Assembly: GCA_038496445.1 (NCBI GenBank)
Contig: JALMLS010000377.1
Location: 261,926 to 325,925 of the forward strand
Source: Trichosphaerium sp. ATCC 40318
Taxonomy: Eukaryota > Protista > Tubulinea
Direction: 5' to 3'
DNA: 64,000 nt
The stretch's first letter is position 1. Each line of letters opens with the position of its first letter. The notes beneath the pieces are model-generated. The model made no database searches. It was given only the letters and a program-made list of their open reading frames with translations, and was not told where the DNA came from. The translations under genes and the position numbers were made by a program. Shown here piece after piece: positions 26,200-38,125 of the stretch.

Positions 26200-27565
26200 C
26201 TGGTTTTAAATTCCATTGTCGTATTTTTTAGCACGTGCAATTACCTCTTGTCTTGCCTCCTTTGGTACCTAGTGGAGACTTAACAAAATGCTATTTAATA
26301 CATATTAAAGAGTCACACCTTTGCAATTATGAAGTGTTTTTCATCAAGAGGAGTAACGAATTCACCACCAACTTCAGCTAAATGATGAGCATCAAAAGTA
26401 ATGTCACCATCCACGAGTGATATGACGTTGAAAGGTTCCATGAAATAGTTTACATCAAAGCCCCATGCACCGCAAGAAACAGTCCTACCACCAACAGATA
26501 TTCGTATACCTTAGATACAAATAAATATTTATGTGCTACACTGAAGTATGTACCCATGTTTGTGTGAAGATTCTTGGATTCAGGATCAAATTGTTGTACT
26601 TTAGTCATCATTGCCCATACGTTTCCCATGAATTCTCTATTGTTGTTGACACCTTCAAGGAGCTGTGGGAGGATTGTACTGCCAATATAAGTAGTTCTAC
26701 GAGGCCCAACAAGAGTCCACAGATTGCCTATTTGACTGTTAACTTATAGTATGAACTTCTCCGTTGTCAGACCTTTATTTTTTTGTAGTTTGCTTGCGAT
26801 CATATCCATATAGCATATATGCTTACAAAATAGTTCATACTGGGTATCTATAAGCGAAATAGGCTTTTTCTCGTAGCTCATTTCGTCAATATACTACACA
26901 ACAAACAAATCAGTCGTAATGCTGTTAAGTGTTGTAATTATTGCGTACCGTTGTACATCCGTATAAGGTTGTACATGCCTTGATAATATCGAAGACAAAT
27001 TGTATGTCTTCAGGGGAAACACCGTATGCCATTCTGAGGCACAAGCAAGGGTAAATTTGCTCAGGAGCGTCTTCATCGAGTTCTCCATCTGAAGAAATGT
27101 AAGTTTCGAGTTGCCTTCACAAAGATTATGACTTACCATCCGTGTATGTCACTTGCTCATACGTAGTCCAAGTTGTCTCTATAAAAAAACGTGACTTATC
27201 ACAATAAAAGTGATAAGTTTTATCACCCCACGCTTCGGATGGCAAGCTCTCAGTAGACTTTCCAACTAATCCATCAAGAGATGTGCCTTAAAGCAAGCGG
27301 TTAAAACTTAATTACAAGAAAAAGGCAGTTTGGAAAGTTTTCGCAGAACGAACGTTTAAACAGTTTGCTTTTCTCACTAGTCAAAGACGTACCGGATACA
27401 CCACTACATAGTTCTTGTATCAAATGGCATGAAATACTGTTATGTATGCCTTCCTCGTCTAAAGCGAATACTTCTTTTCCTGTAGCACTTTCTACTGAGC
27501 TGGCAACTTGTTTAACGGTAGGTTGCTCTCCTGCGTTGAAAATAATCTTAAACCACACAGTCATT
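26200..27565 (-). CDS. Hypothetical multi-exon protein
   Basis: Open exons flanked by GT/AG (MTVWFKIIFNAGEQP..., DGELDEDAPEQIYPCL..., GIRISVGGRTVSCGAWGFD...). Boundaries approximate. Confidence 0.5.
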
Positions 27566-27715
27566 GTGAGAACTAGAAGGTGCTTCTGCTTTGTGTTTGT
27601 TGACACCTTAACTTTATTTGTTGAAATTAACTTAAGCCTGCTTCGCTTCCTCCAGTCGTTTGACTTTTTTTGAATAAGTTGAGTTAATGGCAAGTTTACT
27701 AAAAGGGTACACTAT

Positions 27716-28783
27716 TTACATGAAGTCTAGAGAGTTGCCATGTCTGTTAATTTTGTGTCTTTTTAACCACCTGCATATCTGTCTGTGCTTCAAAAGTTCC
27801 TTTGCTTCCTCGTCCGTTAATTTGTTACTATTAATCAATAGCTTAGCAGCACCAGGGCTTTTACAATTTACAGCCTTTGCTAGTAAGTATTGTTGTGCTG
27901 TAAACCTCCAATATTTTTTTCGTCTGCTAGGTTGTTTTGACCATATTTTAAACGCTGCACATGACATTAATAGAAAAACAAGATAATTAAATATATCAGT
28001 AACTTAAAAAAAATGAGGACATTGCGATTTGTACAATTACGTGTCACGTTAAGTTTTTGAAAGTTCTTATCTTTACTATAATCTTGTTCATTGAGACAAA
28101 GGCAACAATGCCTGAATATGGAGGAAAAAAAAAGAAGTAAAAAAACACTGCTTGCCTTGGTTTTCTTTCATTTCTTTAGCTAACTGCGGAGGTGAGAATT
28201 TTTTAACGTTGTAAAATATTGGCGGAAATCCATCTCTAACACCAGGGTTTAGATGTCCCATTGTAGTATCGTCTGTTATCTTGCCAAAACGATGTGAATA
28301 CCCTACTGCAAGTTTTGAACCAAGCCAGACAAACAGCAAATCTGTTGCACCAAGATTAAGACACATTTGTTCCCGAAGATCTTTGAACGTGTCACTGTTT
28401 TTAATTTGAAGCGTAAGCACCTTCCCAGCAGAATTTTTGAACATGAGTTTCCAGGAGCCATAAATCTTTCCACCATCTCTCTCAAAGCCGTCTAAATGAG
28501 GGTTGTAGAGTGGTAAGTATTGTTCAAGTTTTTTCACGTGGTCGTATTTAATAGAGTTGTGTATTATGAGATGGGCGTAGACAGATGGTTTACACGCTGA
28601 TGCATCCACCACAGCGTTGAATTCTCGTGATGAAGACGCAAACGCTCTAAAATCACCAATATTCTTTAAATAACACAGTATCTCATCCCACACCTCAGGA
28701 GGTAGCTCTTGCGCGTAGTTAGATGTATATGTATTGTGTTTGCTTAGTGATGTACCTGTATTACCACGCTCTTCTCTTTCCAT
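27716..28783 (-). CDS. F-box protein with a ubiquitin-like domain
   Basis: ELPPEVWDEILCYL..DFRAFASSSREF (F-box) and LMFKNSAGKVLTLQIKNSDTFKDLREQM (Ubl). Phase-compatible introns link it to ORF 27716-27967. Confidence 0.7.
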
Positions 28784-28908
28784 AGCACCGGTTTAGTACG
28801 AAGTATTGAAAGAAACAAGCGGACTTGTGTCCGCTGTCAATAGCTAGGCGTCACACTAAATTCTGGTACAAAAAGTTTTGACGGATTTTTTAGAACCGTT
28901 AACGGTTT

Positions 28909-29849
28909 TTATTCTTTTACAAGCTTGAGCACTTTGAACGTTGCTTCAAACGAAGCGCCTTCTGTAGGTGAGCAAGCATACAAACCTATAGGAATGTCAT
29001 TTCAAGGTAAGCTTTGCGAGGTGTACCAGCTTGGATTGTTTCAGGTGCATTTAGATGACATGTGCGCATCTCTTCCCACTGTGGCTCTTCATTGTACTTG
29101 TCAAACGGCTTGTCTTTTGTTCCTACGGAAGCATAAATACAAGCTTTACACTAATAGGGATGGTGTACCTTCAGGTGTGTTTGCCCAAAATATGCGAAAA
29201 GATTTACCAACACGTTCAAGTTTGAACCAAATATCTATTGATCCACTGGAATACGGTGCTGTTGCCCAGTCAGAATATCCATCACGTGTTACTACAGATC
29301 CTAATCTTAACACAACAGGTAAGGGCTAGATTTCAATAACGGTACCATACCTGTTGGTTGGAGTTTCTTTCTCGATAGAAGCTTTTATCCAGTTATCAGA
29401 ATCAACACGGATCATGAGACCCTACAACCAAATTGTCATGGAAAACGAGCTGGGAATAAGAGTCTATCATACTGCTTGGTCGTATTTTGATGTAGGTTTG
29501 TACTCAACATTTACTATCAATGCCTTAAAATCACCTTTTATGTCCTTGTAAAGAAAGTGTCCATTGTCATTTTGAAATCCATAGTGCGTCCTGTTATCAC
29601 GAGTTAGTATAAAAAGGAGGGCGTGAGACTGAAATGCAGGGGTTTGCAATGAGCAGTGCAACAATGCCTGCACTAGAACATCTCACCTTTGCCAAAAATC
29701 TGACTTTTCTTTAGTGGTTACTGTGGCCGTTAGTGTACTGTTTTGAACGTTATAAACATACCAATTAAGTGTTTACCATCTTCTACTACTTTCAAAGGTG
29801 GGCTAAACCACTTCATTTCTCCAAGCGGCAAAGATGTTGTTTGTGACAT
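28909..29849 (-). CDS. DUF1349 / Ree1-like concanavalin-A-fold protein
   Basis: Spliced SDFWQRTHYGFQNDNGHF, YDQAGLMIRVDSDNWIKASIE, LGSVVTRDGYSDWA and GLYACSP. Confidence 0.85.
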
Positions 29850-30142
29850 TGTCACCTTATAAAACTGCGTTAGTTCGATACAATACGCGCGCATACAAGT
29901 TCACGCGCATTATCATCAACTGGGAAAGCGGTCAAACATAAAAAACCAAACAACAACGTAAATACAAGCCCCACGACTGCAATTTTACAAAAACTTTTCA
30001 TAGTGACTCAGCGTCTTACCTAGTTTAATTGAACGTTGACTCAGCCGATTTCATTGATGTCAGACTCGCAATGACTTTTTTTTTCATCTGTGACCATACG
30101 ATCGTTGGTAGTTCTGGCCTCGTCGTGAGCTACTCGTTGAGT

Positions 30143-31620
30143 ATGGAAGACGATGAAGTTAAACGGCCAAAGTACAGGTATGTTATTTAATTTGTACTGA
30201 TTTCTATGCTGCAAGACGTGTAACAATGCACAAGGGAGACACGTAGAGACAAAGATATTGGTGTTAGAGCGTTTTCAGTAAACCAAGAATCAAGGTAATT
30301 TACAAACACCGTATAAATGCGCTCATTCGCGTAGATTTATCATTGTAGCCAATGTGCCAGCACTTGGAGACGAATTAGAAATCCTGCCGCAATTAGAGCT
30401 CTATGGAACTATAGACGAGTGCGCACGCCAACAAAGTTAAACCGCTGACATTTCTTTGACAAGTTGGCGGTTAATGGACGAAAATGAAGACAAGTACACC
30501 TACGTTTATTGGGTAGCGTATAAATCAATCGCTGATGCTAGAACAGCAAAGAAGAATTTAAACAAAACGCCATTCAACCACAGCTTGCTTAAGGTACGCT
30601 TAAAACATCCTCAACGCCTGTATTTCGCTCCACAGCGCATAACAAGCAGGATGATGTCAAAATCAAACTGCAATTTCATCGACAACGCCTTATATCATTC
30701 TAGATTCGATACGCTCCTGAATACGAATCAATCCAAGATACACGAACTAAACTAAATGAGAGACGATACCAAGTACTCAGTAGACTACCACATGCCAAGG
30801 CGCAGTTTGAGCATTATTATGGAAGTAATCAAACACAGCCGTACAGGTATACAGATGGAAGGTTTTGGGCTGAATACTATCCAGTACCAGAAGGTAATGT
30901 CAAAACTTCGTGTCAAAATTTGACAATTGACTTTTTTTTAAGATAGTGCTCTCACAACCCAAGGCGCTTTGCCTCCACCACCTATAGAGAATCACCCTGA
31001 TGATAAAAACCCTCCAATCGAAGAGCAAGCCCCTCCTCCTCCTCCTCCTCCTCCTGAACAACCCAAGAATGCGTATGACTTTTCGTTATCTATGGTTACA
31101 ACTTCTAATATATGGTTGTTAGAGAAATTTATGTGGATCCCAATGCACCTTATCAAAATGTTTATTACCCATCCACAAATACAAACTATGAAGAAATAAT
31201 ATATCAACCAATAAAACCGTATGTTACGTCCTGTAAACACATAACACAGCTGCCCTCTAATACGATTGTAGAGAGCCTCCAAAGGCAAAACAACCAGAAC
31301 CAAAGAAGACAGAGAAGCCAAAAGAGGTTCGTTTTTCAAAGCAGTATTATGGTATTAATACTGTGCATAGGTAGCTCCAGTAGTTGGTCCTGCATTACCG
31401 CCACATGTGATTAAACATAAGCAAGATAATGCGTCTTCTATCGCTTCAGCAGTATCTGAAGCAAGACGTGTCAATAGTGTTAACCAGAGCGTATCTAATA
31501 TTCATAGCAAGATAAGGTACCTTGCCTTTTCAGCTACAAAAACACTAGACTATATTAACAAAGATTATTAGATCATTACGCGATGGTAAGCCTAAGAAGA
31601 AGAAACGAAGAAGAATATAA
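30143..31620 (+). CDS. RBM48: RNA-binding protein 48 (minor-spliceosome-associated RRM protein)
   Basis: RPKYRE..VRAFSVNQESRFIIVANVPALG, LYGTIDE, ARTAKKNLN and YAPEYESIQDTRTKL, with C-terminal RRRI. Confidence 0.85.
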
Positions 31621-31681
31621 ATTGAGTATACTTTTATTTTTGATGTAAATAGAAAATTCACAAAACAAGACAACAAGGCCG

Positions 31682-33239
31682 TTAAGCTTGAGCGAAATGT
31701 TTTGGCTGAGCTCTAATGACTGGAATATAAGCTTTATCATCAAGGAATCCATCAGTATAGGGCTGCAGGGGAAGAGGCACGTGAACACCAAGCAACTTTC
31801 CGTCTTCATCAAGATGTTGATAATTCTCAAGAATACAACAAATTGTGCGTGTTGTTGCAGTCAACGTTGAGTTCAGCATATGTGGATGCCTTACACCGGT
31901 CTGACCTTCTTCAGTGTTCTGAATCCTAATACCAAGTCGTCTTGATTGGTAGTCTGTGCAGTTTGAACAAGATACAAGCTCCTTGTAATCAGCTTCGTTA
32001 ATCTGATTGCCAGGGAACCAGGCTTCCAAGTCATATTTCTTGGCTGCTGCATTATTAAGCTCGCCTGATACTATGTTTACTACACGGTACGGTAAACCTA
32101 GAGCTTGGTAGAATGCTTCTGAAGTCTCAATAAGCTCCTCAAGCATATCCCAAGATTTTTCTGGTGCAGTGATGATGAATTGTTCCAGTTTTTCGAACTG
32201 GTGTACTCTAAAGATACCCCGTACGTCCTTTCCTGCTGATCCTGACTCTTTCCTGAAACAGGTTGAATAACCTGAATACTTGAGAGGTAGTTGCTTTTCC
32301 TCTAGAGCTTCATGACTAAGTAAAACAATCAGCAGTTAATCCAACAATAAGGAAAAAATGTATTGAAACGAACGAATAGTAAAAAATAGTTGATAAAAAT
32401 CACGTGAGCGTACCGATGATAAGCACATAATGGTTGTTCTGAGGTTGCAATAAGATATTGCTCAGCGCCCTTATCGCCTGTTAACTTGTACAGCTGTTCA
32501 TCATAATCTTCAAGTTGTGCTACTTCTCCCATTATTTCTTTATTCATAAAGAAAGGCGTTTGAATCATTTTATACTTTTTCTTTGCAAGGAACTTCATTC
32601 CAAAGTTGATGATAGCTTGGTTCAGAATAACACCAGCATCAGTCAAATAATAACATCTGCTTCCAGCTACCTTTGACCCTCTTAGAGGCTCAAATCCGCC
32701 AATCATGTACAGTATCTGATGGTGGTGATACAACCCCTCTTGAGTCTTGATTGTACCGTACTTTCTGATCACTTCATTTTGCGTTTTTTTTTCTTCACCG
32801 ACTGGCACCGTTTCATGAACAATGTTCCCTATTAGGTTCACTTTTTTCTCTAGTTCTTGCTTTATCGCATTCACTGATTTTGTAAGATCCGCTGTTTGGT
32901 TCCGTAAGTCCTTTGCGTCACCGTTCAACGCCATGGCTTCGTCGACTTTGCCCTAAAAATACGTTTAATGATACTTCTGCTAAAAACGTTCTATAGCGCT
33001 GTTTCGTGTACCTCTTTGCGCAGTTTGCCGATTTTGGTCTTTAATGCGTTCCTTGCAGCTGATTTTTGTTCAAGGTCAAATTGCGCTTTTCTTAGACGCT
33101 TATCAGCGTCAATTACTTGGTCTACAAGCGTAACGTCTGAAAATCTTGATCTTTGCGACTTTCTCACATCCTCCGGGTTAAAACCTCTGTCAGTGCGGAA
33201 TCTATTAATATCTAGTCCTGTACGAATAGTTGTTGTCAT
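31682..33239 (-). CDS. SARS: Seryl-tRNA synthetase, cytosolic type
   Basis: LDINRFR, IGNIVHETVP, YLIATSEQPL, GIFRVHQFEKLEQF, YDLEAWFP, ELVSCSNCTDYQSRRL and HMLNSTL. Confidence 0.97.
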
Positions 33240-33639
33240 TCTGGTGTACTTTTATGATGATGCTGAAATTCCACTGGTTTTTTTTTCTGAGATTTTTCTG
33301 TGTTTGTTTCAGTCATCGCTTAGCGAAAGTTCAGGATTTTAGCGAATGGAGTTTTGTGTACAAGTAAAGTGTACGAAATATTAAGGGTTTATAAAGAATT
33401 AACGAATCTACAAGCAAAGCATTTGGAGTCTCCGCGACATCTTTTCATTGAAGTTAGAAGATTTCGTTAAAACAAGATTGCTCGACACAAAAATGTAAAT
33501 AAAAGCTGTGACCTGGTTCATGGCTGGCATCTTATTAACAAGTGGTACATTACGTACTCGAGTCATATAGAATAATTACTGGGTTAAGATGTATACTATT
33601 CACTAATTGGGTGGCCACCTTTTTCGGCGAAGCAGCGTC

Positions 33640-36600
33640 TTAACAACTTTGTTTTTCAAGCTTTTTTTTAATGTATAGTACAAAATTGTTTTCATCTTTT
33701 TTCTTCGCTTGTGTGTACTTAATGAAAACTTCTTCTACTTGGACCACAATGCTATACTTCCTCTAGCTCCAGGAGTTGCCTACAAAAAGTTTAGAACTGA
33801 ACTACATGTGGTGCACCATCGTGTAGCCCAAAAAAAAAAAAAGGAGAATAGGTGAAAGACATTAGTGTTTTGCGTACCCGTGCATTCGGTTTTAATTGGT
33901 TTTGTCTACAATACATCAACTGTTCACAAAAGGCACTAATAAACTCATTAATAATCTGTAAATTATGAGTATAAAGGGAAGTACATCAATTCTTGGTGTG
34001 AATCAAAGAACATTGTTGTCTTTGTGTTATTGAAATCCAGGCTCACTTTCGAAGCTGTTTTTGAACACCAGTAAGTAATTATTGTTTACAACCTTGTCTA
34101 TTTCTTCCGGAATGTACCTTTTTCTCTATTATCAAATCTAACTGCTTGAATGTGCTTTAGCTTTATCGCTCTACTGACATGAAAATTCTCTTTCTTTCCA
34201 ATAAGTCGACCAAAAACAACACAATCATTAAAAAGATAATAATGTCCTGCTCTATGACCACCAACCTACATAACATCAACACGAAATCTTCATTGTACAA
34301 TAAAAATTGCTTACGCCTTTACGATACTTTCCTTCCATGATGAAGATTCGTCTAGGTTGTAACTAAAACCATCAATAAAAATCACGCAAAAAAAAACAAC
34401 CGAAACAAGAAATCCTTTTGAAAAAAACTATCAAACACATCAGTCCTCATACCAATTGCAATTGTTTATCCTAAAACCCAAGTCAACACATAAATCATAA
34501 AGAAAATTTATAAGGCACGTACATCTCCAAGAAAAAAGTTTGAGAAGCTCCTGAAGGACGTAAAAGTTAGATTTTGAAAATCACGTGATTGGTTTTTTTT
34601 TGAAAAAGTACATTTGTATAGACATTATCTTGTCTTGATTCTCTTGATGTCTCTTCAACTCATTCAACTCATCTACAAGCTCAGAGAAGTCTTCTACTGC
34701 TTTTTGAAGATTTGGAAAATCTGGATGCATAGGTGGCGTGTACTTCATTAATTCCTGTTCAGGATTTAGTTGCTATCAATGTCATTGTTTTGGTAATATT
34801 TACCTTTAGTACAAGTGGATACTTCATTATACGTTGTACAGGCATTATAAGCCATCCATTAAGGTCAAGACCTTTACACCTTAGTTCTTCATTTTGAGAC
34901 TTTAGGATAAACGCATTAAACAATTTGTTTGATTCCCGAAGCTTCGCCTTTTGTTTTGACACGTTAGTGAATAAATAGAACTTGTCTATATTTTTCTCGT
35001 ACTGTATGCGCACAACGTGAATCATATTTAATACAATAAGGTTTATAAGCCTTAAAGAAACCCATCTAAAAAACAAGTAGTCAATTATAAGTCTCACTCA
35101 AAACTCTTCTCCATAAAACAAAAACTGATTGTGGCTCTAGGGCTACCTTTTCATTAAATATTTTTCCAAACATTCTATCCTCTGTCTTTTCCATTTCTTT
35201 TGATAAAGCCTCATATACTTCCAGGTTTAAGGAAGTCAACATATCCTAAAAATATAAATAAGAATTCGCTGTATGGTTTTTTAAATGTTCCAACAAAATC
35301 GATGAACAAATTGGGAAATAAAAGTACCAAGTTAGAGAAAATCAGTAAAATGTCATCACGTGTAACACCAGCAATTTTACTTAATGGTGTCTTCCAAACT
35401 TCAGACAATATTCTCAAATCATCAGTGTAAGCCTACGAGTATACGGGTGAGTAAAAATTGACAAGCTTTTGTTAAATGTGGTAAAAATATTAGTGTAGAC
35501 GCACTTTCTCTGTTGTGAGGATTTCCTGTTGAACAAGTTCTTGTCTGTCCTTGCTTGTTAAATTCTTTTTTGTTGTTGTAACCAAGTTTGGTTGACCACG
35601 CATAGATAACGTTTCATCACCTTCCATATCTTCCATCATATCTTCCAACGTCCTTTCACCTTCAATAACAATCGACCGAGGAACCTACAATAAGACATTA
35701 GCAGGAGCTGAATAACAACAACAAATTTTGTAAGCGACGTACTGCAGCAGGCTGGTCATTTTTGGGTGTGACTTGCAGCGTAGCTGGTTGTTGCTTCTGC
35801 GGTCTACGAGAAAAATGAGCGAGTTATTTTAAGCAAATTTTTTTTATCTTCACGCACGTGTTGTAAATAAACGAAGAGACATTATTTTCTGTATTTGATC
35901 GTGGTCTATCTTCTGATAAATTACTAGGATCTGCGAATGTAGTATTACTTCTCATCTTGTGTTTTGTTTTAGGAGATCTTGATGATTTCAGTTTTATTCG
36001 CCTTTTTTTTGATTTTCTCAAAGGTGACTTAATATTCCTCTGTTGTGGTTCTACTAGTTCTTTGGGCGTAGAAACCTTCGGTGTAGGTTTAGGAAGAGGT
36101 TTTGGTGCTGGTTTCGGTAGTGGTTTAGGAGGAACTGTTTTGGTGTCTGCTTTTGGTAAATTCTCAAAGGCGACTGGCGGAGGGACATTAACCTTCTTTT
36201 TTTCGACTGGTGTTGATTGAAGGTTTGTAAAAATTTGGGGTGTTTTTGGTTTTGGAATAGGTATCCTTTTAGGGCCTGGAGAAACCGCTCTTGGTACTTG
36301 CGGTGGTGCTGTTCTTGGACTAGGGGAAGCAGATCTTGGGACAGGGCGCTAGAAAGACGAAAATTAAATAATTCTTATTAACTGAAAAAAACTGGGCGTG
36401 GTAGAATAGGTTTAGTGTAACGTACTTCTATGAATTTTTCTCTGAGAACGGACTCTATAGGGCTTATTGATAGCCCGCTTGTATCAGTCATAGACCCACT
36501 CTCTGCGCTCGCTCTTTCAGAGGAGGGAGAATTGGTAGGAATAGCCTCAGAGCCATTTTGTGTTGTACTACTTTCGCTTGACGTTTCTGAATCTAATGTC

Positions 36601-37142
36601 TTTTCTCTCCGTCTCCTCGGTTTATTATCACGTTCTTTTGACTTTTTCTTTTTTACTCTCTTCGGTGATGACCGTTCAGACGTATTTGAATATTCTTCAA
36701 GATCTAAATCTTGTACTAATTTAACTAGATCGTCGAGACTTAGTTCAGGTTCTTCTTCCGGTGTGTTTGTTATAATTTCTTTTTTAGGTTGTGGTACTGT
36801 AGACTTCTGTTTGTGATGTCCTTGTAGTAAAAATGTAGAAGTACGCATATTAGTAGGTGCATCATCAGGCTAACACAAAATTAATGTCATCAAGGGTTTA
36901 CAAAACCGCGCACGTGATATTTTTTTTACAAGCATCATTAAAACACAAAAGAAAAGAGCAGTGCCGCGTACGTACCTTTGCAAATGGTTTCCACACTGAT
37001 CCGGCCTCAAATTGATTTATAAGCTCTCGTGCTCCAATACTGTCGGCTTTAAATAATCACGTGTTAGCGATTTAATTAAGGGTGCCTGCAACACAAAAAA
37101 AAAAAACCAAAAAATAATAATTCGTACACCGATCTCGCCCAT
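33640..37142 (-). CDS. RhoGEF (DH-PH) protein with a long Ser/Pro-rich N-terminus
   Basis: [53 protein letters not shown] and HYYLFNDCVVF. Ends approximate. Confidence 0.85.
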
Positions 37143-38125
37143 TAGATGCCTCTGGTGGCGTCTATATTATGTAAAATGAGTTTAAAAATATAGGTAAACA
37201 CATAATAAATCTCCAAATAACTCAGCAAGGAAGTACGATCAACAGATTCATAAAAAACATTGTACGTTGTTATTTTTTGGTAAAACAAGAAAAGATGTAC
37301 GTACAGGTGTCCCACGAACATCGGTACCCGTTGGGTGAGCGGTTGTGCCTGAGGAATAAATCAACAACGCAGTAATACATGTATGACGCGGGTTATAATA
37401 CTGCTGTTTGAATGAAACTCGCGGTTTGTATTCAAACAAAGAATATTTTTTCAAAAGACAGTCTAAACAAAGTTAAACCTAATCCTATGCGCATACCACC
37501 GTTCATGGTTTTTGATCACCGCTTCTGGTACGCTGTAATGGTTTGCTGATGGTCTAAAAGCGGACTAAAGAAAATGGAGGAGTCAAAACGAATCTGAACA
37601 AACAAAAAAGTGCCTGACATCGTCTCTAGCCTTGGTAGAGCTGTGAAAAACTACTAGCGTTGCTTTTGCATAATATCTCCACAAACTCTACTTCGCAACA
37701 CGTGACTGTACGTGCCAAATGCGTACTTCCATAGGCCAAACATACGAAAATCACACGTGACAAGTTTTTGATTTTGCAAAATTACTTCAAATGTTTCGCT
37801 AGTTAGTTCACTGTTCGTTCTTTGTGTCCATCACACGCAATGACATTATTCTTACGCGCATAGAGCTTGACTGACTTAGTTGTAGCCTTTGGCGGCACGC
37901 CGCAAAGAATTAACATGTAGAAGCGCACTAAAATTACAACCAACGACACTGCCACATCACATAATGTTAGTAGATCTTTTGTGGGTTTTTGTTAAAAATT
38001 TCCAGTTTGAAAGGGCGCCAAGAAACTCAAAAGTAGTTTGATTACCAAGCGCTATAGTTGATGAGTGGAATAAGTTGGTTGTTTAGCTTAAACTGTTCAA
38101 CACAGTTTTGTTACATTTAGAAGAA

